NCBI GenBank assembly: GCA_023213395.1
Contig: CM041465.1
Span: 130,331,741 to 130,395,740 of the forward strand
Source: Cycas panzhihuaensis
Lineage: Eukaryota; Plantae; Cycadophyta
Reading direction: 5' to 3'
Length of the DNA stretch: 64,000 nucleotides
Positions 1 to 13,608 of the stretch are shown one piece after another (positions within the stretch are counted from its first letter, which is position 1; each line of letters starts with the position of its first letter). The notes beneath the pieces were generated by a model. The model ran no database searches. It had not been told where the DNA came from and saw nothing but the letters and a program-made list of their open reading frames with translations. The translations under genes and the position numbers were made by a program.

Positions 1-3000
1 TTCAATCTCGTATCCTTCTAGCTAAGTCATATAAATTTATTCTTCAAGATCCACATTGAGAAACATGATCTTAATATCAAGTTGGTGGATTTTCTAACCC
101 TGTTAAGCAGCCAAGGCCATAAGAGTTCTAATTGTAGGCCAGTTGGTTGTAGATGCAAAGACTTCAATGTAGTTGATACCTTCCCTTTATATGAATCATT
201 TAGCTACCAACCTCGCCTTATGTTTTTCAAGGGTGTTATTTGATCTATATTTATTTTTGAACACCCATTTATTTTGAACTACCTTTCTGCCAAGTGGTAG
301 TTCAACAGGATCCCATGTACTATTTTTTATGAGAGATTGTATTCTTCGTTAATTGCATTTCTCCAGACTATATGTTTTATAGCATCTTAGTACGAGAGTG
401 GCTCTTCATTAAGAGTAAGGTGTAATTCTATAAGTTTAAGCTCAGTATATAATGATTCTTATATCCTTGCTCTATGGGTACTTCGAGTGCCAGTTTTGCC
501 TATCTCATCTAGTCGTATGTCCTTATTGAGTTAGCAGGCTTCACAAAATCCTCGTGTTGGGAATGAGGTCCTCATTTTCTCAACTTCTTGGTTCTCATCT
601 TGTTCATTAAAATGATCATTTTATGAGGAGGATGTTGATGCACTTGAGAAAGATGGTCCTTTTACCATTGTTTTACCTTTATCAACTGAAGGTGGAGAGG
701 ATGATTTTTTTATAATAGCTTTGCCTTTGTCAACTCTACTATCTTTAAAGAATGGTGTTGGATGTGCACTCATCGGTTTAGAGTCACAACTTATATCCTC
801 TAAGGCTTTATTATTAACTTCTAATATTTAGAGTATTTTATGTTTGTCTCCCCCCCCCAAAGTTTAGAATTTAAAAATCATACTTGATAATATTATTATA
901 GCAGTGTGAGGGTATTTTAGAGTCTAGTCTAAGCAACTAATCCTCTGTCTCTGTAAAAATAACATCTTTGGTAATGATGATTTTTTATTGTAAAGGTATA
1001 AAGACCTTATACCTTTTCTTATCTATATGGTATCCAATAAAGATACTTTTAAATACCCTTGGCTGAAGTTTATTTCGATCTGCATCCATAATGTGTGCAT
1101 AGCATGTAGAGCCCAAAATTTTGAAGTATTGAATAATGGGGGCTTGTCCTGAAATTTTTTTTTTAAGTGATTGTCCTTCCTTTGATGGGATAACAACATT
1201 AATATAATAAACAATTATTTAGATAGTTTCAGCCCATAGGTAGGCAAGTATATTTTTATATACCAACATAGCTCAAGCCATATTCATGATTGTCCTATTC
1301 ACGCACTCAACAACTCTATTTTGTTGTGGGGTACCTACTATTGTTGTTTGATATTTGATGCCATTGTCTCGAAGGTAGCTTTTAAACTCATATGAGGTAT
1401 ATTCACCACCATTATCAGTTCGAAGATATTTGAATTGATAACCTAACTCTTTTTTTAGTGCAGGCTTTGAATTCTTTGAATACACATAAGGCTTCATCTT
1501 TTTTATGTAGAAAAGCTACCTATAATTTCCTAGTGAAATCATTAATAAAAGAGATGTAATATAACTTGCCCTTGAACAAAGGAATAGGCATTAGTATGCA
1601 AAAATCAGAGTATACTAATTGCAATAGATGGCTCGATTTCCACTAACTTTTGGGAAAGGGTTATCCATGAAATTTGGCAATAATATAAGATTAACATTTA
1701 AAGGGCTTAGAAGAGAACTTTGGAAGACTTGAAAGAGTGTTACAAAGATCTCTAAGTCTATCAATATGAATGTGGCTTATGCAAGCATGCCAAAGAGCTT
1801 CTGGTGATAACGTTGGGTGGGTCAAGATGGTGTTAAATGTAAATTCTTCATCAACATAGAGGATTTGGGCATAATGGGTTTCAAAAGATGAAGAGCCATT
1901 CAATCGAAAGAGTTTGCTAATGAGATATCTAGTTAAGACCACTCGATCAATTAGAGGGTGAATGACCTAAAGAGTTTGGTCATTTGCAGTTACACTCAGA
2001 TTAAATCTACAAGAGACAAGCGTGGATAAAGAGAGATGATTTTTTTGAGATTAGGTATGTATAAGACATTAAGCAATATAAAATCTCTTAAGTCTAGGAG
2101 TTTCAGGTGAATGTTATCAATTCCTTCAATAGGTTATTATGATTTATTAATCATGTGAACAACTCCTTGAACATTTGAGTCAAATGTTTGATATAGACTA
2201 CGATTACGCGTCATATATTGAGTTGATCGTGTGTCTATAATCCACTATCCATCAATTGAAGCTACATTTTTTGCAATTCTAATAGGGCTTGGCATTGGTA
2301 AAGGGAATTCACAAGTGATATATCCATATCGAGCTTCAAAGTATCTTTATGGTTAGTCAATGGCATTTGATGTTGAATATCCCACAATTCTTTGAAAGTA
2401 TGCTTGTACAAAACTTGCACCATTAAAGGATTCTTCATAAGTTTTTTTAACATTATGAGCTCTATATTTTGGTTGGAACTTGACCAACTTATAAATGGTA
2501 GTTCTGTAGTCTTTTGCAAAGTGTCCTTTACAATTATACATAATAGTTGGATTGCTAGTCCTTGAAGAGGTACTAGTTTGGCCTGATTGTCTTATTCTTT
2601 ATTGAGGTGGCCCTTGGCCTTAAGACTGTCAAGGTTGTGACTGAAGGTTTGGTTGACCTTGTGGATGATTTCCCATATTTCTTCCTCTTTCTCTTGCTTA
2701 GTGGTTTCCTCTGCCAAGAGAGAGACCTTGATTCTTTGTGTAACAAGCTTCTTCTTCCACCTCAAATGCTGCATCTAGAAGAGATTCAGAGGCTACAAAG
2801 TTGGTATTAAAAGTCTTGTCAAATTCTATAAGCTTCTCAGTAAGTGCTTCGAAGTTGAGTGTCTTTAATGTTCTACTAGATTGAAGACTTTCAAGCAAGT
2901 TTTTATAATAAAAAACATATAGATATGATTGGATTAAGAATGTCTAAGTGATGCATTGGGTCTTAAATTTTTTATCAATTGCCTATTTTATTGGTCGAAG

Positions 3001-3435
3001 GAGATTTATTATCTCATGAGCTCGTCCCTTCTGTATTTTTTATTTGTTCATTTTTAGAATAAGATGAACAAATTCTAAGTCTGACTCGATATCAAAACTC
3101 TTCTTGAGAACTTCAAGGACCTTCTAGGTTGTATCATGTTGCTCTTCATTAATCAAGTTATGTAAGGAGTGATCAGTAACCAACAAAACTCCTACATGAA
3201 TCTTTTCATCATCTAACTTCCATTGTAGTTTAGCTAAAACCTCTGTAGGAGCTGTTGGAGCAGTTCTACTAGAAGTAGGTGTTGTAGCTATTGTAGGTAT
3301 AATGGGTGTAGGCTACAAGTGGGCTCTCTAAAGGCCCTCATACTTTGTAGCATTTTTAACTCTAGTATACCATAAATCCCAATTTACTTTTCTTTTCAAT
3401 ATGCAATTGATATTTTGCTTGAATTAAGGTGACAT
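1..3435 (-). pseudogene. Copia gag-pol remnant (gag, protease, GAG-pre-integrase, integrase, start of RT)
   Basis: ORF fragments 2698-2898, 2353-2541, 1691-1942 (LWHACISH) and 1273-1497; many stops and frameshifts. Confidence 0.85.
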
Positions 3436-5810
3436 GGTGATGATAAAGAAGTAGAAGAGATGATAGAAATATGTGCCACAGATATATGTGTCTAGTACAC
3501 CTGATGCAATAGGGATGAAATATGATTAAGTAGCAAGCAATGATAATAGGCCATCAACACTTATGGAAAATACTCCTGATGCAGCAAGGTTTAATGATAT
3601 GTACAAATGGAAATATAAGGATTACAAAGATAAATGATTTATCACGTGATCATAAAAGCAAGATTATGCCCATGTAGAAGCCAGCATGTAGGTACATACA
3701 ACTAAAAAACTAAGTCTGATGTAGGATATGTGATCAAACACAAATCTCTATCTCAAGTCTAAAGTAGTTGACGTGTGGATACCTAGGGGGACTTCTAGTA
3801 TACGTATTAGGGCCTTCACCTACGATATTTGCACCTTTACTTAGTGATGAAATCCAAGTCATAGTGGAGTCCAAATACTCCCAATCCTTACCCAGTTCAC
3901 TAATGAGCAACTATATACCTCCTCTGAAGAGTCAAATGATACATGTGTATCCCATGGCTATGATAGATATTGGACTGGGTATATTTTAATCTTAATTAAA
4001 GTTTTTAGTTTTTTTGGTGGTTATCAAAATTACCTTGATTAAAGGCCATAGGTATGGCTAACCTGTCCCTCTACCACTATTCTAGTTAAGATTAGACCCA
4101 GTATGGAACCCACACCTCTCTTAGGGCCCAAAATTCAGCCAACCGTAGTCTATTTCAACTAAGATGAGTGTGCACACAAGTCAAGAACTAGTGGTATAAG
4201 TCATATATATGAGATTACTTTCAGAAAATAATGTCAGTTATTTCTGAATAATTAAAAACTGAAATGGAATATTACCAAATGTTCTTGCTTGCCTTTCATG
4301 CTTGCTTTGTTATTGTTACTACTTTATGTGATACTGTATACTATGTGTGTAAATAAAAAGAGCATGCTAGATTTAGTAGGGGAACCAAATGTTGCTTTTG
4401 ATCTAAGGTTTCCCTTGCTTTAGTATAATATTTCTAAATATATTTTTAGAAATTTCAATACAAAAGTCAGAAAGGGCAAAAAAATAGATCAACTTACCAC
4501 TAAAATGATGATTTTTCTAAATCTAGATACATACTATTTTACTTTATTTTATAATTTTTTTCACAAAATTTATAAATAATAAATGGGTAAATTTTTATAA
4601 AAATTACAAATATAGAGGACTAAATGATAGAATTTAAATTTATGGCATAAGAAAAAAGTGTTTAGAATATCATTTCTGATAAGATGGTAAAATTAGATTT
4701 CTAAAAAGGCATAAAAATTTTTTGCTCAAAAAAACACAAAAACAAAATCTTACAAGATTCACTACCTCAAAAATCTAAAGTTCAATATGTCAAAAGCTTC
4801 ATCTTGACACGTACATCAATTTTTCATTCTACACCATCTCTGAAATCAGCTAAAATTTACTTGAAATGCCCTTGCAATGTCTTTTGTGGGGTTGAGTAGG
4901 CAAATTCAACATACATGAGAAAATTGTAAAGATATCATTAACCAATGGATGATATTTGATGAGATTTATCTTAAAATACTCCTAAGATATAAATTTACTA
5001 GATCCTTTAAAAGAGATTTCATATTTTTAGCTTATATTTAAAGGATTTCATTGAGAAAAGTGCCTTAAGTCACTCATCTACAAATTTTAACCTTTGTTTC
5101 AACCAAAACTCATTGTTGTAGGCTAAACCTGAAGCTACTTCAGAAGACAAAAATTATCATCTTAGCAAGGTGAACCTACATTTTAAATTTCATCAAAATC
5201 TGATATGCTTAAATTTTTCATAAAATTTTAGGCCTTTAATGCTTCCATGGCTATTCCAACAACCAAACAACTTTAAAATTTTATGTTTTTCACCTTTGAA
5301 ATTTTGCACACATAGAGAAAGTAGCAACATATAAAATAATATAATTTTAAGCTTTCAAATTTTTAAAAATAATGAGTGCACTCTCAATACTTCACATTGA
5401 AGGTGAAAATGAGGTAAAATGACCCCATGCAAGTGGAATGGAATGAATAGATCCCCTTTTAGCTATGATACCACATAAAAGAATGATGGATCTAGGGAAT
5501 AAATTACTCACATGCACACAATGGCAATGAAGAATGAAAAAGAGATGAAATAAGATATGAGAGCAAAGCTTAGAGGTGAGAATGAATAATGACTCCCTCC
5601 TTGAGATTTTGCCTTTTATTATTGAGGGTGAGCATTAGGGTTAGAATTTTCTTGTTTAATGACATGAACCTGAAATTACATCTAAATGCACATAAAGTGC
5701 ATTTTACTAAGAGACTAATACTAACAATATATCCTGTGGTCACTTAATTAATCTACACAAATGACCTTGATACATTAACCTATTTCAATCTCTTATGATT
5801 TGTCATTACA
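1..5810 (-). mobile_element. Degenerate Ty1/copia LTR retrotransposon (5' LTR, PBS, long leader, gag-pol); 3' end runs off the window
   Basis: Minus-strand 5' LTR at ~5476-5810 starts TGTAATGACA. tRNA-iMet-like PBS TGGTATCATAGC at 5462-5473. Gag, zinc knuckle (CKGHFAKDY), integrase (LRTDNGGEY...TPQQN, ORF 1273-1497) and RT (IHQLDIK..FLN..LEE) remnants occur in copia order. Confidence 0.85.
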
Positions 5811-5822
5811 CCAAAAACTTGA

Positions 5823-6078
5823 GAATGATTTAGTGTAATGGCAACTCACAAGTGGTATAAGAGCCCATGTTCAAGGTTCAAATCTTGTGCATATGTTGAA
5901 CAAAGCTCCTTTCCCTGTTGGGGTCCCCATATACCCCCAATTCAGGTAGAATTGTAACATAGGCAATACGTACTATGGCAATCTCCTCATCATGGGAGAG
6001 TGTTGGACTATGGCTGGTTCACTTACCGAGGAGTCCTCTTCTCAAATCATCTGCAAAGGTTTGGTGTAACAGCAAGTC

Positions 6079-6080
<2 letters not shown>
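5823..6080 (+). mobile_element. tRNA-derived SINE ending in a (TA)n tract
   Basis: Pol III A-box TAGTGTAATGG (5831-5841) and B-box GGTTCAAATC (5875-5884), 33 bp apart. A ~200-bp body follows, then a microsatellite. Confidence 0.6.
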
Positions 6081-6127
<47 letters not shown>

Positions 6128-6240
6128 GTATGTATGTATGTATGTATACATATATATATATATACATATATATATGTGTGTGTGTGTGTATTTATGTGTA
6201 TATGCATATATATATTCACACACATATATATACACATACT
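6081..6240. repeat. Compound (TA)n/(TATG)n/(TG)n microsatellite
   Basis: Directly visible. Confidence 0.95.
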
Positions 6241-6244
6241 ATTT

Positions 6245-6646
6245 CTTATTCATCTAGGGAAGAAAATTATATTCTATATCAAGGATAACATTGCCAAGTG
6301 AGAGATTTTTATTTAGAGATACTATTGTTTTAACATTTCAATTATTAGTAACCTACTCGTTTTATTAAGATCCATAAGGAGAATATGCTAAAATATTTAT
6401 ATAAAGATATGGAAGCATAATTTCCCTCCAAAAGGAAATTATTCTTCTAAATAGGGTCTTTCTTTCTTTAAGAAAGAATAATATAATTTGGTATATGTTA
6501 TAATAGCTTCTTAGTGTCTACTTCACCACTCATTCTTCTATATTTATAGGATAAGAAGTTACTCTTAGTGTAATATCAATACTTTTGTATATTGTTGAGG
6601 TGAGACTTGTCTATAATATGCATATATATATATATATATATATATA
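6245..6646 (-). repeat. ~370-bp LTR-like repeat abutting (TA)n; diverged direct copy at ~36740-37115
   Basis: Colinear similarity (e.g. ATAATTTCCCTCCAAAAGGAAATTAT vs ATAATTTCCCTTCATAAGGAAATTAT). Minus-strand CCTATAAATA TATA box in both copies. Confidence 0.6.
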
Positions 6647-8951
6647 CTTACCCTTTAATCTAATTAGAAGTATTTAGTTCCTACATTCCATTTATTATAT
6701 TGATTTATTTGTTCATCTTTTTTTATTGAGTAAAGAATACTTACTTTCTATATACAGTAAATTAGGACATCTAACCCATATTTATAAGAAGGAAGATCTT
6801 ATTTTATATATTTACTTTTTTTATGGTTAATGCATGTATATTACCATATATTAAGGAGTAAGGTACACCAAGATTACAATATTACCAGTTGGCTTTACCA
6901 ATGTTGGGATAATGCCCATCTCATGATAATATCTAGATCTCTTGTATGATTACTTGTCGGATTTAATTGGAAGCTGACCTTAAGGCATGTGCTAACACCT
7001 TCAAAGTCTTGCATATTTATTTTATAAGGTTAATGACCTAATATTTATTAATACCACTACTCTCTTGGATATTTGGCAATCCTTCTTCTTGTCTTATTTT
7101 TACTACGTGTTACCCTCTAATACTAACATTTGGTATCAAATCCATTATAGTCATCTTTAGCCTTTTGTTGGGTCAATCCCTCCATTGTATCATTATCTTC
7201 AATGTGGATTAAGATATTTAGGTATTCCTATCCATTTGTATTTTCCTATTTTCTATTTGCATAATGTATTCCTATCAAATTCTTATTTAGAATTACGCAC
7301 ATCCTTAAGGCAAATTAACTAATAGTTCTAGCTATTTTAATTATATTATTTTTTAAAAATCTTAATATTGGGATCTTAATATATTTAGACCATATTTTAA
7401 TTATCACATTATTAAGAGATTTTATTGGGAACTATATTTGGAGAGGGACTCAGTTTAAGTGCATCTTTGTGTGCATATATTTGCCTAGGTAACGCATATA
7501 GTGAGTTGATCTAATTTGAATTTATTTATTTTTGTGTCTTAAAAGTCTAGTCTTTGTGTCTAGAAGTTTTTATATGGTTAGTGCCAACTTTTCCTTATAG
7601 AAGCATGTGATACCTCATCTTTGATTCATGATATCTTTGAGTTTGTAATTTATAATTTAAGTGCATTGACATTATCTTTATCTGATTCATGATATCTATG
7701 AGTTTATGATTTTTGATCTCCTATTGAGTTGTGTTGCATCTAATTATCTAATATATGATCTCTAAGTTAGTGATCTCTATTTAATTTATTCTCACTAACA
7801 TTGCTTGGTAGTGCACTAAGTTGAAGGTACCTTCCCTCCACACACTTACAACTCCATCAAGCATTACCAAATAATTCAATCAAAACATACCCATGCAATC
7901 CTTCATTTATAGGCTTCATTCTTATCCATTATACTATCCATCTATTATTTGATGTGTTTTATCCCATCTCTAGCTTGGGCAATGCCACTGACAGGATAGT
8001 AGTATAACCTCTCCTATGATACTCAAATATTCTTATCACTACTAACATACCAAGAGTTCACAAGTTAATCCATCATAAATATAAGAAGGCCATTTTATAG
8101 ACTTAGATTTGAATATAATGCTAAGCTACTTAGTGATTTAAATCAAATCTAAAGTTGAAAGCCACTTATAAATAGGCAAATCTGAGACAAATTATAGTAA
8201 AATTATTTTATATATTCTAACATTCTATAAATTCAATCATATTTTATATGTAGTAAGATTTGCTACTTTATAATCCTTTCACTCAGCTAAGAGGTCATTT
8301 TACTTTGAAGGAAGGCTTAATAGTAATGTGAAGGAGTCTATTTCATTTTAAGTGCTTATACCTATTCAAACAACCATAATTCTTACATTTGGAACCTACT
8401 TTTTAAACCATCTTATTTATTATAATGTATACTTTTTCCCTATCAAAAAGTGTGGTTACACTCATATATTGGGATTAATTTTCATGGTCTTTTTAATGTT
8501 CTAAAGTTGATAAAACTCTTTCATAATAGTTTATTTGTTGAAAGGGCTCATTAAAAATTTGGACCTAGTTATATTCTTTTGGCTCTAACTTTACCATATG
8601 ATATTTGAATTTAGTTTTATCTAAAGAGTTGTAATCCTAACTCAATAACTTTTAAAGCAAGTGGTTTTTTTCCCATGTTTGATATAATTTGATGTAATAC
8701 TTTAAAGTCTAAAATTAATACATAATTTTATTAGAAGTAAGGTATAGACAAATGTGAGGTCAAGGAAATATAGGCATGAAAATAAGAAATATAAAATGTG
8801 CATATAATAAATAATACAACAAATGGTAGAAGAATGATCACCCTTTCAAAGAATTAAATTGAATGAATATATATATTCATAGGGCCACTTGACCTCTTAT
8901 TTAACCAATAATGTGAAGATCCTCTATGTCCAAGATGTTGGAATATAGGAA

Positions 8952-11900
8952 TATTAGAATATGTGATTATTTTCATATATGTAATGTTTAATATATTATT
9001 GTGCTCTTACATAATACCACACCAAAAACATTGATAGATATGATAATCTATATATATTCATATACACATCTTATTAGATGATAAAAAGGCTGAAAGATAT
9101 TATATGCTAATCATAAGATGACATAAATTATAAATATGAACACAGACCACTTGAAAACTTGAAAAATGAAATGATTGAGATTAATCAAGCTTAGAGATGT
9201 AATCATTAAATGTCATAATAAAGTAGAGCTCACAAAGACTCCAAACTTCTCTATTGGTTTTTTCTATCTTAGGTTTTCTACGTATAAATCTATTATTTCT
9301 TGTAGTGCATGTTTATTGATATGATATTACTTTATATTTATAATATTGCTTGATATGTTCATCTCATATATAATATTTATGTACATATTCCTTATGATAT
9401 ATTATGATTCATTATACTTAATTGATATGTTTCTACTATGCATAAATAAATCCATTCTAACATGATATCAGAGAATTAAAAATTCTAGTATGGTATTAGA
9501 CCTATGGTGAGAGCTCAATTACTAGCCATGTTGTGAAAGATCTTATGGAGATGGATTGAAGCATATATGAGCCAACTAAACCAATAGTAGATCTAATTAA
9601 TGAGCCAGTATAGGATCTAATTTTAAGGAGGAATTTAATAAGTCAAAAACTAACTATGTTAGTGATATGTGATTGAGATTCTTGGGCATGATGAAGATGA
9701 CACAAAGCTGCATATAGATGTTAAATATTACAAACTGATGGTATGTAGATTATTAAATGTATTGTCAATATTTTATGCATGTAGTGTATATTCTTGAGAA
9801 TATACAGGTTTACAGAAGTCCATTGAATGATAAGGAGAATTATTACCAGTCACATTTACTAATACAGGCCGAACATCTATAGAAGTGGTTAAGATGTGGT
9901 GAGATTAGGCATCTTCCCAAACCTCACAACTAGCAACAACAAAAATAAGATAAGTGTTGTTAATTACGTCTCTCTTACCCAATTTTTATTCATAAAATTT
10001 TTTATCCACTTTAGCTTATAGATTTTCTTCTAGTCAAAGGTATTTTGCAGTAGTTTGTTGTTGAATAGATGTGTAAAAAGATGATGAGTTTAAAAATATT
10101 AAAAAGATTATAAATAAATTAAAGCAAGATGTTATGTGAAGAGAGTTAATATCCCATTAGTAAAATTGAAACAAGTTGCAGACCTATATAAATAAAATGT
10201 GGCATGATATTGATTTTTAAGCGACATTATAATAAGTATTTAAAGTATAAATTAGGTATGCTACTTGGCACCATAATATGTAGAATGACTGAAATGTTTA
10301 ACAGTGATAATAAGGTATGTTAGAGGTGAAAATATTAAGTGTGTGGTAAAATTTATGTATTGAGGCATAAAGAAAATAAAGCGAGTTAGGTTTTGAATGA
10401 TTAATAGTAAAATTTTTATATGGGGGTAAATTGTATAAATATATACATACATGTTTTGCAAATTACTAAGGGTAGATTATTACAATTGCTATTATGATTT
10501 ATACATCATTAAGATAACTGTCAATACTTCATTACCAAGTTAAAATTTTCATTTTTTATCTCTCCATAAACCATTAATTGCTCTATATATCAAAAAAAAG
10601 AAAAGGGATAAAGAAGGTATGAAATGTAGGATTTATATGAAGTTGAAACTTTACCATAGATGCATACATAAAAATGCCATCTCGTTGACTCATGTGATTA
10701 CCCTATATGTATGGAGATTTTGTTTGTTATATGCTTGTAAACATTTAATGTTTGCCTACATGAGATTGAGAGCTCATTGGTTTGTCAATCTATTATGCCC
10801 ATCCACTGTAAAGCACTCTAATATACTATCACCATCATGTGATTTATATATCATTATACCAAATTATAAAGTAATGTCAATAGCTTAGTAGATAACCCAT
10901 AAAGACATCATGACTTGTATAGAGATCTTGGATTCACTTGAATAATCACTTAATTATAGAAAATTACTATAGAATTGATCATGCAAATAAAACCTTAACA
11001 ATAGTGATAAAAATTCAATTCAATATAAAAGATTATTTTTTCATTATTATTATAATATTTAACCAGATTAAATAATGATTTCAAATCTACCAAAGCCCCC
11101 TTAGTTTGAGTAAATGGTCATATGGAGTTCTCATGTGATCAGCAACCTAGTTGAAAGGCGTTAAACTAATTTTCTTAAGATGTTTTTATTTTTTGATGAC
11201 ATATTGTCATTATTTTGAGTATAACTTTTCATCCATGAGTGTGTTTCTCACACCATTAATTGTGTTAGAAAGAGAATTTTGTGATGGTCAAAATGAGTAG
11301 TCGCAAGGCATATTTCAATGAATAGAAGATAGATATTTTATTAAACAAAGTTGAGAAAACTAGTTTTGACTTCATAAAGGATATATTTTTGAGCTTTTTC
11401 ATATTTGTTTTAGTATGTTTTGATGTTTTAAAGATTTTTAAAAATATAATTATAAGATTGATGATAGATGATGAAAGAAAGAGTAAGTTTTATTTAAAGG
11501 TGAATATATAAAAGCTTATTTATAACAATTTAAACTCAAAACTAATGAAAGTTTTATGATGTAGGACATATTTGATTATAAATTTGTTGTGGATATCTTA
11601 GATATGTTAGACATGATAAAAATACCCCTTAAATATTATCACATTTAGCCTAGTAAAGCTAGCCATTAATCAAATTTTATTATCACTTAATTTATTACAC
11701 ACGTGAATTATAATAATTGATGACACCACCTAATATTTATTAATGAAGGGCCTAGTGCTTGTTTATTGGAGAGTTAATGAGATGATGTTTATTTTCTACC
11801 TATTTATAAGACATGGAGAAGCCTCATATATTGAATACTTACTATACCAAAATTAATTATTGAAGAGTCAAGTTGATATCAGATAAGTATTTATCAATGA

Positions 11901-13192
11901 GAAATTTAACTTACCATATATGGTAAGAGGCATGGAAAAATACTATTTACATTACCTTATTATAGTTAACTTGACTTGGTTAGGTGGTACACCTTATTCC
12001 CAGAGTTAGTATGTTTAGATTGTTAATTATTGATGTTGATAAAATTTTATTAGTTACCAAACGAAAGTTGCTAAAGTGTGTACAAATAGAGAAAATACAT
12101 AAATTTTCTTATACATAAGAGGTGAGATAAATGTTGCCACTCTTGTATAACACACAGTAAGTATTATTATTATCATATGCAAGAGGCAAGATATTCATGT
12201 TACTTTTGTATAATGTATTGGCTTAACATATGGTGTTGTTTTGATATATTATTTTTTATGTTGATAAACCATATACAAGAAATACTTCTTATAGAATTAG
12301 TGATTATAATGGCTGGTAACCCATGTATTTTGGTAGATGGTTATTGTTCTACATAGGCATCGATAATTATTTTTATTCATGAGATTATTGAGATGATATA
12401 TTGATAGTGTTGATGTTTATAACAGTTTTACAGGTGAAGATATAAAGTTATTGAGGAGAAATTTTTATATAAATATGATAAGTGAGAGTCATGAATTAAG
12501 ATTGGTTATTTAATTGATAGATGATTAGTTTACAGGTTTACAAGTAGTTTCTCATAGTTGGTTACTGATGATCATAATTAACAATAAATTTGATTTACAG
12601 GTTAAGTATTTATAGAAGATAAGTATGAAGAAATGAAGACCAAGGATGAAGATGGAGATTCTAAATTAAAGATATTAAATATTAAGAGGAGTTATTGGAA
12701 ATTATGATTATTTTTACATATGTAATATTTAATGCATTATTATGGTCTCAAACAATCTCATATCAAAAGTATTGATAGATGTGATAATACAAACATATTT
12801 ATGTATACATCATATTAGATAATGAAAAGACTCAAAGATATTATAGGCTAATCATGATGTAACGTAATCTTTAAATACATATATACACCACTTGAGAACT
12901 TAATAAAGGATTAAGATCAATCAAGCTTGGAGATGTAATCATTAAAAATTACAACAAAGTAGAGCTCCCAAAGACTCTAAACCTTTTATATGGTTTTTAT
13001 CATCTTGGGTTTTCTACATATAAATCTATTGTTTGTTGTGGTGTATATTTATTGATATGATATTACTTTATGTTTATGATATTGCTTGATATATTTATCT
13101 TATATATAACATTTGTTTATATATTCCTCATGATATATTATAATTCATTATACTTGATTGATATGCGATGTATAAATGAATTCATTCTAGCA
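8952..13192 (+). mobile_element. Highly degenerate LTR retrotransposon (probably copia) nested in the leader of A
   Basis: ~500-bp direct repeats at 8952-9462 and 12693-13192. PBS TGATATCAGAG at 9463 and PPT AAGAGGAG at 12684. Weak GAG-pre-integrase-like remnant (LKLYHRCIH) near 10640. Confidence 0.7.
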
Positions 13193-13608
13193 TGATATTA
13201 GAGAATTAAAGATTCCAATACACTAATAAAATAATCCATGAATAGATGAGTGCACACACACACATATATAGTACTCATAATATTATAATGAAAGAGTGAG
13301 GCACTTAAATTAACTAACTCATTATTACAATTTGTAATTAAGCATCATACCCAATTGTTTTATAGCCTTCTTGTGAGATGACCCCTTAAGTAAAATATAC
13401 TCTATCACTAAAAATTAATATAAAGATTTCTATTTAGAGGTGGTAGAGTCTAAATTAGGATAAGTATGTATGTTTTAAAGTTGATGTAGGATGATTTGTG
13501 GTGTGTTTTGAGTACTCCTTGATTTTTTTGGTTTTGTATATTTTTCTGTATTTTTTAAGGAACCTTTTCTATTCCATCATTCTTTTCTTTTCAAAGTATT
13601 TTCTCATC

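Noticed and set aside
8050-8740. Possible MULE/SWIM transposase remnant
   Set aside because: Only a vague Cys/His pattern in very degenerate sequence; not supportable by eye.
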